A stretch of DNA of 64,000 nucleotides. Source: an uncultured Gammaproteobacteria bacterium (GTDB lineage: Bacteria; Pseudomonadota; Gammaproteobacteria; Steroidobacterales; Steroidobacteraceae). Each line of letters opens with the position of its first letter. The first letter of the stretch is position 1. The translations under genes were made by a program, and so were the position numbers. Below are positions 1-14,041 of the stretch, piece after piece. The DNA is taken from positions 448,005 to 512,004 of the forward strand of contig CAWBKJ010000004.1 of assembly GCA_963789365.1 (NCBI GenBank), read 5' to 3'. A model generated the notes under the pieces. It had not been told where the DNA came from, made no database searches, and worked only from the letters and a program-made list of their open reading frames with translations.

Positions 1-1329
1 GGAATAATGGTGACCTTGTAGACCGGGTCATGTTCCGGCACCGTCATGCCCACCACGGCGTGACCGGCTTCGTGGTAGGCGGTCATGCGTTTTTCTTCAT
101 CGGTCATGACCATCGAGCGCCGCTCGGCGCCCATCATGATCTTGTCCTTGGCGCGGTCGAACTGGTCCATCGTCACGAGCTTGTGGTTGGCGCGCGCCGC
201 AAACAGGGCCGCCTCGTTGACCAGATTGGAAAGGTCCGCTCCCGAGAAGCCCGGGGTGCCGCGCGCTATCAGGGCCGGGCGGACATCGTCGGCCAGCGGT
301 ACGCGGCGCATATGGACACGCAGGATCTGCTCGCGGCCGCGCACGTCCGGAAGCGGCACCACGACCTGCCGGTCAAATCGCCCGGGGCGCAGCAGCGCCG
401 GATCCAGCACGTCGGGTCGGTTGGTGGCGGCGATCACGATGATGCCCTCATTGCCCTCAAAGCCATCCATTTCGACCAGTAACTGGTTCAGTGTCTGCTC
501 TCGCTCGTCGTGCCCGCCGCCCAGTCCGGCGCCTCGGTGGCGACCGACCGCATCGATTTCGTCGATGAAGATGATGCAGGGCGCGTGCTTCTTGGCCTGC
601 TCGAACATATCGCGCACCCGCGAGGCGCCGACACCCACGAACATTTCCACGAAGTCCGAGCCGGAAATCGTATAGAACGGCACCTTGGCTTCCCCGGCGA
701 TGGCCCGCGCCAGCAAGGTCTTGCCCGTGCCGGGACTACCGACCATCAGCACACCCTTGGGAATCTTGCCGCCGAGCTTCTGAAACTTGCTCGGATCCTT
801 GAGGAAATCCACGATCTCGCCGACTTCCTGCTTGGCCTCGTCGACGCCGGCCACGTCCGCAAAGGTCACGTTGACCTGGTCTTCTCCCAGCAAGCCGCGC
901 GCGGCTCTTGCCGAAACTCATCGCCCCGCGACCACCTCCGGCCCCCTGCATCTGGCGCAACATGTAGACAAAAACCAGGATCAGGAGCAGTGCCGGAGCC
1001 ATCTGCAGCAGCAACTGGGTGAAGAAACTCGGCTGGGGCGGCGGCCGACCCTCGATGCCCACGTTGGACTTGCTCAAATCGCCGATCAGCGCGGTGTAAT
1101 TGGTTTCAGGGTTGAAGGTCTCGAACTTGCTCTTGTCCTTGCGCACCCCGTAGATCGTGTCGCCCTGCAATACGACGCTGTCCACGTGCCCGTCACGAAC
1201 CTCATTCAGGAAGGTCGAGTAACGCACTTCCTCGGGCTTGCCCGCGGCCGGCATGTACTTGGTCAGTACCGCGACCAGGACCAGGGCAATTACCGCCCAC
1301 AACAGTATGTTTTTAACCGTATCGTTCAA
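1..1329 (-). pseudogene. ftsH: ATP-dependent zinc metalloprotease FtsH, first ~440 codons (rest lies beyond window start); reading frame broken once near 888-900
   Basis: The minus-strand translation starts MNDTVKNILLWAVIALVLV (TM1), followed by the periplasmic loop, TM2 and ...MSFGKSRAR. The protein then continues in another frame as [21 protein letters not shown], with Walker A GSPGTGKT, Walker B IIFIDEID and HEAGH at the window edge. Removing one base restores an alignment with E. coli FtsH (SKARMLTEDQI). This may be an assembly indel rather than a true pseudogene. Confidence 0.9.
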
Positions 1330-1353
1330 GACTTAGGCTCCAGTCGGTTCACG

Positions 1354-1980
1354 CTACACCAATCGCAGGCCACTGGCCAGCAAGTAGATCTCCGCGCTGC
1401 GTGCCCGGGAGGCGGCAGGCTTGATAAACCGCACGGTTTTGAATTGCCGGCGGGCGGCCGCCACCAGCTCCTGAAAGCCGCTGCCCTGGAAGACTTTGAT
1501 TAGGGCATGGCCCCCAGGTTTCAACACCCTTCCTGCCATGTCCAGGGCCAGTTCTGACAGATCCATCGCCCGCGGCTGGTCGATGACATCCATGCCGCTC
1601 AGTTCCGGGGCCATGTCCGACAGCAAGGCATCGACGGCGCGAACCCCGGTAAGGCCCATCAGCTGGGCGCAAATGGGCTCCTCCCGGAAGTCGCCCTGCA
1701 CGAACTCCACCCCGGCGATCGCCTCCATAGGCAGGATATCGCTGGCCACCACGCGTCCCTTGGGGCCCACCCGGGTACGGGCGTACTGGCTCCAGGCCCC
1801 CGGCGCGGCGCCGAGGTCGAGCGCAATTCCGCCGCGACGCAACAATTGCTCCTTCTTGTCAATCTCCTCCAGTTTATAGACGGCGCGCGAGCGCCAGCCC
1901 TCGGCCTGCGCCCGGCGCACATAGGGGTCGCTGTGGTGCTCCTGCAGCCAGCGGCGGCTGCTCTGCGAGCGACGGGTCAT
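1354..1980 (-). CDS. rlmE: 23S rRNA (uridine2552-2'-O)-methyltransferase RlmE/FtsJ
   Basis: From MTRRSQSSRRWLQEH the ORF aligns end to end with E. coli RlmE (DLGAAPGAWSQ SAM motif, SDMAP, KVFQG). It sits in the classic position just upstream of ftsH. The ORF extends to 2001; the start was chosen by homology. Confidence 0.9.
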   Translation of the reverse strand: MTRRSQSSRRWLQEHHSDPYVRRAQAEGWRSRAVYKLEEIDKKEQLLRRGGIALDLGAAPGAWSQYARTRVGPKGRVVASDILPMEAIAGVEFVQGDFREEPICAQLMGLTGVRAVDALLSDMAPELSGMDVIDQPRAMDLSELALDMAGRVLKPGGHALIKVFQGSGFQELVAAARRQFKTVRFIKPAASRARSAEIYLLASGLRLV

Positions 1981-1994
1981 GGATAATGCCCGCC

Positions 1995-2300
1995 ATGGCA
2001 CTCAGTGAAAAACAGCTCCGGTTCCTCCGTGGCAAAGCCCACCCCCTCAAGCCCGTGGTGATGCTCGGTCAAAAAGGACTGACCGACAACGTGGTCGCCG
2101 AGACCGTGCAGGCCCTGAGGGACCATGAACTGATCAAGGTCAGGGTGCGCGCCGCCGACCGCAGCCAGCGCGAGGCCTGGCTCGCCGAGCTGGTGAGCCA
2201 ATCGGCCTGCACGCTGGTGAGCCGGATCGGGCATGTGGCGGTGCTGTACCGCGCGGCCAGCCCCATACCGCGCTTGGTGTTGCCCGATGCTCAGGTGTAG
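1995..2300 (+). CDS. yhbY: CRM-domain RNA-binding protein YhbY
   Basis: [30 protein letters not shown] matches E. coli YhbY ([23 protein letters not shown]). It is divergent from rlmE, as in E. coli. The ORF could start at 1986. Confidence 0.85.
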   Translation: MALSEKQLRFLRGKAHPLKPVVMLGQKGLTDNVVAETVQALRDHELIKVRVRAADRSQREAWLAELVSQSACTLVSRIGHVAVLYRAASPIPRLVLPDAQV

Positions 2301-2763
2301 CGCACCGCGATGATCTCGTAACTGCAGGTCCGGCCCGGCGCGGTCACCTCGACCACATCGCCGACGTTCTTGGCAATCAGGGCACGTGCGATCGGGGAAG
2401 CGATGGAAATGCGTCCGGCACGGATGTCCGCCTCGTCCTCCCCGACGATCTGGTAGCTCACGGCGCTGCCATTGTCCTGGTCCTCAAGATCCACCGTGGC
2501 GCCAAATACCACGCGGTCGCTGCGCGCGAGCTGTGCGACGTCGATCACTTCGGCGGTTGCCAGGCGCGTCTCGATCTCCTTGATGCGCCCCTCGATAAAG
2601 CCCTGCTGCTCGCGGGCCGCATGGTATTCGGCATTCTCCGACAAGTCGCCGTGCGCGCGCGCTTCGGCGATCGCCTTGATGACCCGCGGCCGGTCCTCGC
2701 CCTTGAGGCGTTTTAATTCCCCGCGCAGCAACTCGGCGCCGCGCAGCGTCATCGGGGAGCGCT

Positions 2764-2767
<4 letters not shown>
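2291..2767 (-). CDS. greA: transcription elongation factor GreA
   Basis: 158 aa. [13 protein letters not shown]...[23 protein letters not shown] is near-identical in pattern to E. coli GreA. Confidence 0.95.
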
Positions 2768-5988
<3,221 letters not shown>

Positions 5989-6003
5989 GGCGGCGCAGCG
6001 GCG

Positions 6004-7188
6004 CTAGCCCTCGGCGACCTGTTTGCGCGAGGCGGCGCGCAGCGCCCGCAACTGCGCCTGCAATCGCTGCAGCATGGCCTGGGTGAAGGCCTCGAACATG
6101 GGGGCCACATCGTGCGGGCCCGGACTGGCCTCGGGGTGGCCCTGGAAACTAAACGCCGCGCAATCGGTCCGCGCCACACCCTGCAGGCTGTCGTCAAACA
6201 GCGAGCGGTGAGTGGCCTTGAGGTTTTCCGGCAAGCTCGATTCGTCGACCGTGAAGCCATGGTTCTGGCTGCTGATCAGCACGCGTCCGCTGGCCAGTTC
6301 CTGCACCGGGTGGTTGGCACCGTGATGACCGAATTTCATTTTCACCGTGCGCGCACCGCTGGCCAGAGCCAGCAGCTGGTGGCCCAGGCAGATCCCGAAC
6401 ACCGGCACATCGCTCCCCAGCAGCTCCTGTATGGCGTGTATTGCGTAGTCGCAGGGTTCGGGATCACCCGGGCCGTTGGACAGGAACACACCGTCGGGCT
6501 TCAGCGCGAGCACCTCAGCGGCGCTCGTTTGTGCAGGCACCACCGTAATGCGACAGCCCTGGTCCGCGAGCAGCCTGAGAATGTTGCGCTTGATGCCATA
6601 GTCGTAGGCCACCACGTGCAGGCGCTGCTGCGCTCGCAAACTGGGCCGATCGGCGCCACGGACTATGGTTCCGTCGTTCCACTGGTAGATATCCTTGGTC
6701 GTGACGACCTTGGCGAGGTCCATGCCCTTGAGCCCGGGAAAGCGCGTGGCCGCACGCACCGCCGCAGCCTCGTCAATCTTGTTTCCCGTCATGATGCAGC
6801 CCGCCTGGGCGCCGCGCTCGCGCAACAACCGGGTGAGTCGTCGCGTGTCGATACCGGCGATCGCGACCACGCGCGAGCGCTTGAGAAATTCGCTTAGCGA
6901 GCCTTCCGCGCGCCAGCTGCTGGTGATCGGCGAGAGTGAGCGAATGATGAGGCCCGCGGCGTAGACCTGAGCGGACTCCATGTCCTCCGGGGTCGTGCCG
7001 GTGTTGCCGATGTGCGGAGCGGTGAAGGTGATCAGCTGTCGCGCGTACGAAGGATCGGTGAGAATTTCCTGATAACCGGTGATGGCGGTATTGAAAACGA
7101 CTTCGCCGGTGGTGTTGCCGCTAGCGCCGATTGACTGACCCCGGAAGATGCTGCCATCTGCGAGCGCCAGCACCGCTGGTGAAATCAC
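6004..7188 (-). CDS. carA: carbamoyl-phosphate synthase small (glutaminase) subunit
   Basis: 394 aa with N-terminus [20 protein letters not shown] and the GATase catalytic motif GICLGHQ. It lies directly upstream of carB. GTG start. Confidence 0.95.
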   Translation of the reverse strand: MISPAVLALADGSIFRGQSIGASGNTTGEVVFNTAITGYQEILTDPSYARQLITFTAPHIGNTGTTPEDMESAQVYAAGLIIRSLSPITSSWRAEGSLSEFLKRSRVVAIAGIDTRRLTRLLRERGAQAGCIMTGNKIDEAAAVRAATRFPGLKGMDLAKVVTTKDIYQWNDGTIVRGADRPSLRAQQRLHVVAYDYGIKRNILRLLADQGCRITVVPAQTSAAEVLALKPDGVFLSNGPGDPEPCDYAIHAIQELLGSDVPVFGICLGHQLLALASGARTVKMKFGHHGANHPVQELASGRVLISSQNHGFTVDESSLPENLKATHRSLFDDSLQGVARTDCAAFSFQGHPEASPGPHDVAPMFEAFTQAMLQRLQAQLRALRAASRKQVAEG

Positions 7189-7428
7189 TTAAGCCATCCT
7201 CGTCAGTGACTCCGATTTCCGATGCGCATATGCACAAAGCGGGAGGAGTTCTTTTGGAACGCCCCCCGCCTTGTGCGGACTAACCCGACAATCGGATTAC
7301 GCGAGAAATTCTAAGGATCGCGCTTGCCCGTGTCCATGCGGCAGCGGGGTCGCCTGTGGTAAAAATGAGCCACAAAACCCCTTTAAAAATATAGCGTTAG
7401 TGAAAACCACGCGCCATTGCGCAGTAAT

Positions 7429-8196
7429 TTATTTTTCTTTGAATATGTCGGCCATGTGATGCGCTCCGGGCTTCTGACGCACCAGCCAAAGACCCGCCTG
7501 GAGGGCTCCGCGGGCAAAAACCGCCCGGTCCGTCGCCACATGACTCAGCCCGAGGTACTCGCCCTGGCCCAGAAACCGGACCTCATGCTCGCCCACCATG
7601 TCTCCACCGCGCACGGAGCTGTATTCAAGCCGTCCAGGCCCGCCCCGGCCCTCCAGGGCCGCCTGGCCGAGGGTCAGGGCCGTGCCCGAAGGGGCGTCCT
7701 TCTTTTGCCCATGGTGCGTATCCTGGATGTGGATGTCGAAACCCGCCCCCAGCGCTGCGGCGGCCCGGCGCACCAGGTCTTGCAGCACGGCGGCCCCGAG
7801 GCTGGTATTGGCGGCCACCAGTACCGGGACGCGCTCGGAGGCTCGCGCGATAAGGGCCGGCAGGTCGGGTCCAAGGCCGGTAGTCCCCAGCAGCAGGGGG
7901 ACGCCCCCGGCCGAGCAATGCGCGAGGTGGCGCGGTGCGGCCAGGGCGGTGGAAAAATCCAGGGCGAGCGCGGCCCCCTTCAGGGCGCCTTCCAGATCCG
8001 CACTCATCGCCCGCCCCGTGCGGGCCAAGCCTGCGAGCTCGCCCGCGTCCCGGCCGAGCGAGGGGCTGTCCTGAGCGACCACGGCCGCGTGTAGCTGCAA
8101 CTGCGGAAACTGCGGCAGCTCGCGCAGTAGGCTCAGGCCCATGCGTCCGGCCGCCCCCAGGATGACCACGGGGACCGGGGCCGCCAGGGAGCTCAC
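7429..8196 (-). CDS. dapB: 4-hydroxy-tetrahydrodipicolinate reductase
   Basis: 255 aa with [11 protein letters not shown] dinucleotide fold and the [13 protein letters not shown] signature (E. coli HHRHKVDAPSGTA). Confidence 0.9.
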   Translation of the reverse strand: MSSLAAPVPVVILGAAGRMGLSLLRELPQFPQLQLHAAVVAQDSPSLGRDAGELAGLARTGRAMSADLEGALKGAALALDFSTALAAPRHLAHCSAGGVPLLLGTTGLGPDLPALIARASERVPVLVAANTSLGAAVLQDLVRRAAAALGAGFDIHIQDTHHGQKKDAPSGTALTLGQAALEGRGGPGRLEYSSVRGGDMVGEHEVRFLGQGEYLGLSHVATDRAVFARGALQAGLWLVRQKPGAHHMADIFKEK

Positions 8197-9320
8197 GGCA
8201 CGCTCTTAAAGAAGCGCTTTACACCCTCCAGAAAGGTCTTTTGCCGCGGCGCATGCCGGTTGCCATCGTGGCGCAGGGACTGGTCCAGGCGCTCGAGCAA
8301 ATCGCGCTGCTCAGCCGACAGCTTGACCGGGGTCTCGATGGTCACCCGGCAGAACAGGTCGCCCTGCTCCCCGCCGCGGGCGGGCCGAATGCCCTTGCCG
8401 CGCAGCCGGAATACGCGGCCGGATTGGGATTCAGGGGGAATCTTCAAGGTGACCTCGCCCTCCAGGGTCGGCACCTCGATGCTCCCGCCCAGTGCCGCGG
8501 TCGCAAAGGACAAGGGCACCTCGCAGCTGAGGTGCGGGCCATCGCGCTCGAAGATCGGGTGCTCACGCACCTGCACTTCAACGTACAGGTCCCCCGGCGG
8601 TCCGCCGTTGCGCCCTGCCTCGCCCTCGCCCGTCAGCCGCACCCGATCACCGGTGTCCACACCCGGCGGGATTTTCACCGCGAGCTTCTTATGCTTGCGC
8701 ACTCGGCCCTGGCCCAGGCAGGTGTCGCAGGGATTGCGCACCACACGGCCGCTGCCGCGGCAGTGGGGACAGGTTTGCTGCAGGGTAAAGAATCCCTGAG
8801 AGACGCGGACCTGACCTGAGCCGGCACAGGTTTCGCAGGTGACCGGAGCGCTGCCCTTGGCCGCGCCGCTCCCATGGCACACCTCGCACTCCACCAGCTT
8901 GGTGAGGTCGATCTCCAGCGTCCGGCCGAATACCGCCTCGCCCAGGTCCAACTCGGTCGCGTAGCGCAGATCAGCCCCGCGATAGACCTGAGAACGACCG
9001 CCGCCGCGCCGCGCGGTCCCGAAAATATCGCCGAACACGTCCCCGAAGATGTCGCTGAAGTGCTCGGCGCCGCCGCCACCGCCTTGCCGCGAGGCCTCGA
9101 TGCCGGCGTGACCGTGCTGGTCGTAGATGGCACGCTTGGAGGCGTCGGAGAGCACTTCATAGGCCTCCTTCGCCTCCTTGAACTTGTCCTCCGCGCCCTT
9201 ATCCCCCGGGTTTCGGTCCGGGTGGAATTTCATCGCCAAGCGGCGATAGGCCTTCTTGATGTCGGCTTCGCTGCAATTGCGAGCCACCTCAAGCAGCTTG
9301 TAGTAATCGGCCTTGGCCAT
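8193..9320 (-). CDS. dnaJ: molecular chaperone DnaJ
   Basis: J domain with HPD ([10 protein letters not shown]), a G/F region and four CxxCxGxG repeats ([32 protein letters not shown]). Confidence 0.97.
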   Translation of the reverse strand: MAKADYYKLLEVARNCSEADIKKAYRRLAMKFHPDRNPGDKGAEDKFKEAKEAYEVLSDASKRAIYDQHGHAGIEASRQGGGGGAEHFSDIFGDVFGDIFGTARRGGGRSQVYRGADLRYATELDLGEAVFGRTLEIDLTKLVECEVCHGSGAAKGSAPVTCETCAGSGQVRVSQGFFTLQQTCPHCRGSGRVVRNPCDTCLGQGRVRKHKKLAVKIPPGVDTGDRVRLTGEGEAGRNGGPPGDLYVEVQVREHPIFERDGPHLSCEVPLSFATAALGGSIEVPTLEGEVTLKIPPESQSGRVFRLRGKGIRPARGGEQGDLFCRVTIETPVKLSAEQRDLLERLDQSLRHDGNRHAPRQKTFLEGVKRFFKSVP

Positions 9321-9339
9321 GCACGGGCCCTAGCGGGAA

Positions 9340-11301
9340 TCAGCTCGCGCGCTGGTCTTTTCCACTGTTCTTGTCCTTGACTTCCTCGAACTCGGCGTCG
9401 ACGACATTGTCCTGGCCGCCGGGAGCCGGGCCTTCGGCGCCGCCGCCCGCGCCGGCAGCACCGGCCGCGCCCGCTTCGCCCTGACCCGCAGCGTAGGCCT
9501 GCTGCGCGATGCCTGCCGCGGCAGTCGTCAGCGCCTCGGTCTTCTTGGCGATCACGTCCCCGTCGTCGGACTTCAACACCGCACGCAGATCGGCCATGGC
9601 CGATTCCGCCTTGGCGCGATCGGCGCCACTGACCTTCTCGCCCAGGTCCTTGAGGGACTTCTCGACCGAGTGGAGCATTGCGTCGGCGCGATTGCGCACC
9701 TCGACCAGCTCGCGGAATTTCTTGTCTTCCTCGGCGTGCGCCTCGGCGTCACCGACCATGCGCTTGATCTCATCCTCGCTCAGGCCACTGGAGGCCTTGA
9801 TGACAATCCGCTGTTCCTTGCCCGTAGCCTTGTCCTTGGCCGAGACGTGCAGGATGCCGTTGGCGTCGATGTCGAAGGTCACCTCAACCTGCGGCATGCC
9901 GCGTGGCGCCGGCGGAATATCCGCCAGATCAAACTTGCCCAGCGACTTGTTGTCCTGCGCCCGCTCGCGCTCGCCCTGCAACACGTGAATGGTGACCGCG
10001 GTCTGGTTGTCATCGGCCGTTGAAAATACGTTGGCGGCCTTGGTCGGAATGGTGGTGTTCTTGGTGATGAGCTTGGTCATCACCCCGCCCAGGGTCTCGA
10101 TGCCGAGCGAGAGGGGCGTGACGTCCAGCAACAGCACGTCCTTGACCTCGCCCGAAAGCACGCCTGCCTGCACCGCAGCTCCGACCGCGACAGCCTCGTC
10201 CGGATTGACGTCCTTGCGCGGCTCTTTGCCAAAGATGTCCTTGACGTATTTCTGCACCAGGGGCATGCGGGTCTGGCCGCCCACAAGAATCACCTCAGCA
10301 ACGCCCGAGGCGTCGAGCCCGGCATCCTTGAGCGCCGTGCGACACGGCTCGATGGTGCGCTTGACCAGATCCTCGACCAGCGACTCGAGCTTCGCGCGCG
10401 TGAGCTTGACGCTCAGGTGCTTCGGCCCGGTTGCATCGGCGGTAATGTAGGGAAGGTTTACATCCGTCTGCTGGCTCGAGGACAGTTCGATCTTGGCCTT
10501 TTCCGCCGTTTCCTTGAGGCGCTGCATGGCCAGAGGATCGCGGCGCACGTCGACACCGGATTCCTTCTGAAATTCATCCGCCAGATAGTGGATGATCTTC
10601 ATGTCGAAGTCTTCGCCGCCCAGGAAGGTGTCGCCGTTGGTCGAGAGCACTTCAAACTGGCGCTCGGCATCGACCGCGGCGATCTCGATGATGGATATGT
10701 CAAAGGTCCCGCCGCCCAGGTCGTAGACGGCGATCTTTCGATCGCCACCCTGCTTGTCGAGGCCATAGGCAAGGGCCGCTGCGGTGGGCTCGTTGATGAT
10801 GCGCTTAACATTCAAGCCGGCGATGCGCCCTGCGTCCTTGGTCGCCTGGCGCTGCGAGTCATTGAAATAGGCCGGTACCGTGATGACCGCCTCGGTGACC
10901 GGTTCGCCCAGGTAGTCCTCGGCGGTCTTTTTCATCTTCATGAGCACACGCGCCGAGATCTCCGGCGGTGCCATCTTCTTGCCCTGCGCCTCGACCCAGG
11001 CATCGCCGTTGTCGGCCTTGACCACCTTATAGGAGACCATGCCGATGTCTTTCTGCACCACGTCGTCGGAGAACTTGCGGCCGATGAGCCGCTTGACCGC
11101 GAACAGGGTGTTTTGCGAATTGGTGACCGCCTGGCGCTTGGCGGACTGGCCCACCAGCACTTCATCGTCCTTGGTGAACGCGACGATCGATGGCGTGGTG
11201 CGATCACCCTCGCTGTTCTCGATGACGCGCGGCTTGCCGCCTTCCATGATGGCGACGCAGGAATTGGTGGTTCCCAGATCGATGCCGATGACCTTGCTCA
11301 T
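9340..11301 (-). CDS. dnaK: molecular chaperone DnaK (Hsp70)
   Basis: 653 aa with [22 protein letters not shown], the substrate-binding domain and a Gly/Ala-rich C-terminal tail. Confidence 0.98.
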   Translation of the reverse strand: MSKVIGIDLGTTNSCVAIMEGGKPRVIENSEGDRTTPSIVAFTKDDEVLVGQSAKRQAVTNSQNTLFAVKRLIGRKFSDDVVQKDIGMVSYKVVKADNGDAWVEAQGKKMAPPEISARVLMKMKKTAEDYLGEPVTEAVITVPAYFNDSQRQATKDAGRIAGLNVKRIINEPTAAALAYGLDKQGGDRKIAVYDLGGGTFDISIIEIAAVDAERQFEVLSTNGDTFLGGEDFDMKIIHYLADEFQKESGVDVRRDPLAMQRLKETAEKAKIELSSSQQTDVNLPYITADATGPKHLSVKLTRAKLESLVEDLVKRTIEPCRTALKDAGLDASGVAEVILVGGQTRMPLVQKYVKDIFGKEPRKDVNPDEAVAVGAAVQAGVLSGEVKDVLLLDVTPLSLGIETLGGVMTKLITKNTTIPTKAANVFSTADDNQTAVTIHVLQGERERAQDNKSLGKFDLADIPPAPRGMPQVEVTFDIDANGILHVSAKDKATGKEQRIVIKASSGLSEDEIKRMVGDAEAHAEEDKKFRELVEVRNRADAMLHSVEKSLKDLGEKVSGADRAKAESAMADLRAVLKSDDGDVIAKKTEALTTAAAGIAQQAYAAGQGEAGAAGAAGAGGGAEGPAPGGQDNVVDAEFEEVKDKNSGKDQRAS

Positions 11302-11334
11302 GACTTGCTCCGAAATATCAGGTTCTTAGGTGGC

Positions 11335-11364
11335 ATAGCTGGGGCCTGCGGCCCCAAATTCAAG
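11335..11364 (-). promoter_or_regulatory. candidate sigma32-type heat-shock promoter for dnaK
   Basis: The minus strand reads CTTGAAT-14 nt-CCCCAGCTA (consensus CTTGAA-13..17-CCCCATNTA), 35-60 nt upstream of the dnaK ATG and overlapping the grpE stop. The spacer contains the hairpin ggggccgcaggcccc. Confidence 0.45.
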
Positions 11365-11884
11365 CATCATTCTGCGGCGCGCGCGCGACCACGACGCGCG
11401 CCGGGCGCAACAGGCGGCCGTTGAGTTGATAGCCCGACTGGAGGACCTGAAGCACGCTGTCCGGGGGCGCGGTGGCCGACTCCTGCATCTGCACCGCCTC
11501 ATGCAGCGTCGGGTCGAAGGGCACGCCCAGCGGATCGATGCGCTGAATTGAGAACTTCTCGAACGCCTTGGCGAGCAGCTGCAGCGTCGCCTCTTGCCCG
11601 GCGGCCAGACTGCGCGCATCTGCCGTGCCGGCATTCAGCGCCGCCAGCTCCAGGCTGTCGCGCACTCCCAGCAGTTCGCCCGCAAATCTCTCGAGCGCAA
11701 AGCGCTGTGCGTTCTCAATGTCCCGCTGCGCTCTCTTGCGCACGTTGTCCAGTTCGGCCAGCGCCCGCAACTGCGCGTCGCGCGCCGCGGCACCCGCCTG
11801 TTCAGCGGACTGAAGCGCGGCCCTGAGGGCTAATATCTGCTCTTCCTCGCTCTCGGCCGATTCCAGTTCTGGTTCAGAGTTCAT
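11360..11884 (-). CDS. grpE: nucleotide exchange factor GrpE
   Basis: 174 aa with an acidic N-terminus, a coiled coil (LAELDNVRKRAQRD) and a C-terminal beta domain. It lies between hrcA and dnaK. Confidence 0.93.
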   Translation of the reverse strand: MNSEPELESAESEEEQILALRAALQSAEQAGAAARDAQLRALAELDNVRKRAQRDIENAQRFALERFAGELLGVRDSLELAALNAGTADARSLAAGQEATLQLLAKAFEKFSIQRIDPLGVPFDPTLHEAVQMQESATAPPDSVLQVLQSGYQLNGRLLRPARVVVARAPQNDA

Positions 11885-11961
11885 TAGTACTTATGTAATA
11901 TCAATAGGTTGCAGTGTTTATCTAATCTCATTCATTGTCTCGTCATGCGCCCGCGACGCCG

Positions 11962-11989
11962 ATATTGGGGTTAACGGCGCGAATTCAAG
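11962..11989 (-). promoter_or_regulatory. candidate sigma32-type heat-shock promoter for grpE
   Basis: The minus strand reads CTTGAAT-tcgcgccgttaa-CCCCAATAT, spanning the hrcA stop codon about 80 nt upstream of the grpE ATG. It has the same CTTGAAT -35 element as the dnaK candidate. Confidence 0.45.
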
Positions 11990-13051
11990 GCCGTGCCCAG
12001 AAGTTTCGCCGTGATATCGACAATCGGTATGACGCGCTCGTAAGCCATGCGCGTCGGGCCGATCACGCCCAGCACGCCGGCCACCCCATCGCCCGTGCTG
12101 TAGGGGGCTGTCATCGACACTGCAGTCGTCGAGGATCTGGTAGCCCGACTCGTGGCCAATGAAAATCTGCACCCCTTCGGCCCGCAGACTCTGATCCAGG
12201 AGGTGCAAGATATCGCGCTTTTCCGTAAAGGCCTCAAACAAGCGCTTGAGCTTGTCCACGCTGGACAGTTCACCCAAACCCATCAAGTTGGTCTCGCCGG
12301 CGATGACGTACTCAATGCCCTCCTGCGATCCGCCCTGCCCCGACACCTGCTGCGCAATCGCGATCGCCTCGAGCATCACCTGGTTGATCGAGGCGTGGGT
12401 ATCCTTCAGCTGCCGAAGCAGTTCCACGTGCATCTGGCTCAGCGAACGGCTCCGGCAATGATCGTTCAGGTAGTTGGCCGCGCGCCGCAGTTCGTCGGGC
12501 CCGTAGCGGCGTTCGAGCTGGATGATGCGGTTCTGAACCTCGCGGTCGTTGAACACCAGTATGACCAGCACCCGGTTTTCGGTCAGACCGACAAATTCAA
12601 TCTGTGTCAGCGAGGCGACCGGGGCCAGCGGCAAAGTGACCAGGCCTGCCAGATGGGTAATGCGCGAGAGCAACTGAGAGGCTGCGGCCACCAGCTCCTT
12701 GGGACCCTCGCGCGCAGCGGCCAATTGCTCGCGCAGGTTTTTCAGTTCCGCAGCGTCGGCGGCCGGCGGTTCGGCGCGCAAGAGCGCGTCCACGAAGAAC
12801 CGGTAGCCGCGATCGGTGGGCACGCGTCCCGCCGAGGTGTGGGGCGAGCTGACAAAGCCCAGCTCCTCGAGGTCGGCCATCACGTTGCGGATCGTCGCGG
12901 AGCTTAAGGACAGGCCCGAATCGCGCGATAGCGCGCGCGATCCGACCGGCTGACCGTCTCGGATGTAGCTTTGCACCAGCACCCGCAGCAGGTGCTGGGC
13001 CCGTTCATTTAACGATTCCAGTGGGGTCGAATCGGCGCTCATAGCACTCAA
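11971..13051 (-). pseudogene. hrcA: heat-inducible transcription repressor HrcA with one frame break near 12103-12117
   Basis: The N-terminal winged helix (LLRVLVQSYIRDGQPVGSRAL...SSATIRNVMADLEELG) and middle domain are in one frame up to ...[14 protein letters not shown]. The conserved C-terminus [38 protein letters not shown] is in a second frame (ORF 11971-12273). A C5 run sits at the junction. Confidence 0.88.
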
Positions 13052-13119
13052 AATAAGTTGTCACAGGTCGCAGCCTACAGCATTGAACCGTCACGCGCCG
13101 TTGGCCGGCCTGCCTAGGC

Positions 13120-14028
13120 ATGTTACAACTGCGCGGCATGAATCCGAAGCCGCAGGCCTGTGCCGTGATTGGACATTTTGCCGAGCCGCGGATCGCCGAC
13201 AGCGCCGCGGCGGTTCTGGCCGTGCTCGGACAAAGAGGCGTTCAGGCCCTGGTGGCGGCGGACGAGCCGGGCGCGTTTGGCTCCCATGCCCAGGCAGTGC
13301 CACGTGCCGAACTGGCCGGGCAGGCCGATTATATGGTGGCGGTCGGGGGCGACGGCACGCTGCTGCAGGCCGCCCGGCTGGTGGTGGGTCGTGAGGTCCC
13401 GCTGCTGGGCATCAATCGGGGTCGCTTGGGGTTCCTGACCGACGTGCTCCCGCGCAACGTCGAGGCCAGCATCGAGGCCATGCTCGATGGCCGTTGCGCA
13501 GCGGACCGGCGCCCCTTGCTCGAAGCACGCCTGCAGCGGGGCCAGGGACCGGTGGCGCTGCTTTCGGCGCTCAATGACGTGGTGCTGCTGCGTCGGGAAG
13601 CCGGGCACATGCTCGATTTTCAGACCCTGGTCGACGGGCGCTACCTGAACTCGCACCGGGGCGATGGCATTGTGATCGCGACCGCCACAGGCTCGACCGC
13701 CTATGCGCTGTCCTGCGGCGGCCCGATTGTGGATCCGCGACTCGACGTGCTGGTCATGGCCCCGATCTGTCCGCACACGCTCTCAGATCGTCCGATCGTG
13801 GTGCCGGGGGACGTCAGAATAGAGATTCGTTCGATGGGTCGCGGCACGGGCCTGGCCGAGGTGACCTGCGATGGCGTGCGCCTTGGGGACCTGCAGCCCG
13901 GTGAGCGCCTGGAAGTGTCGACCTCCGGGGGCTCGATCACGCTGCTCCATCCACCCGGCCACGACTTCTTCAGCTCGTTGCGCTCAAAGCTGCGCTGGGG
14001 ACGGGGCGGCGAGCCCCGGGAACGATAG
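13120..14028 (+). CDS. nadK: NAD+ kinase
   Basis: Carries GGDGTLL, GINRGRLGFLTD and the ATGSTAYALSCGGP motifs typical of NadK/PpnK. The start may be the second ATG at 13138. Confidence 0.92.
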   Translation: MLQLRGMNPKPQACAVIGHFAEPRIADSAAAVLAVLGQRGVQALVAADEPGAFGSHAQAVPRAELAGQADYMVAVGGDGTLLQAARLVVGREVPLLGINRGRLGFLTDVLPRNVEASIEAMLDGRCAADRRPLLEARLQRGQGPVALLSALNDVVLLRREAGHMLDFQTLVDGRYLNSHRGDGIVIATATGSTAYALSCGGPIVDPRLDVLVMAPICPHTLSDRPIVVPGDVRIEIRSMGRGTGLAEVTCDGVRLGDLQPGERLEVSTSGGSITLLHPPGHDFFSSLRSKLRWGRGGEPRER

Positions 14029-14041
14029 GATCGGCCAGGCC

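Noticed and set aside
7189-7428. A 240-nt dapB-carA spacer has an imperfect hairpin (gcacaaagcggg...ccccgccttgtgc, about 7240-7287) and an AT-rich block. I considered it as a pyrimidine/arginine attenuator or ARG box.
   Set aside because: There is no U tract after the hairpin, no leader peptide, and no convincing ARG-box (TGAAT-N4-ATTCA) pair. I cannot support a specific regulatory call from sequence alone.
13040-13060. A CIRCE-like half site (GAGTGCTA / TAGCACTC) overlaps the hrcA start codon.
   Set aside because: Only one arm of TTAGCACTC-N9-GAGTGCTAA is present. The sequence 9 nt away (cctgtgaca) does not match, so I do not call a CIRCE operator.
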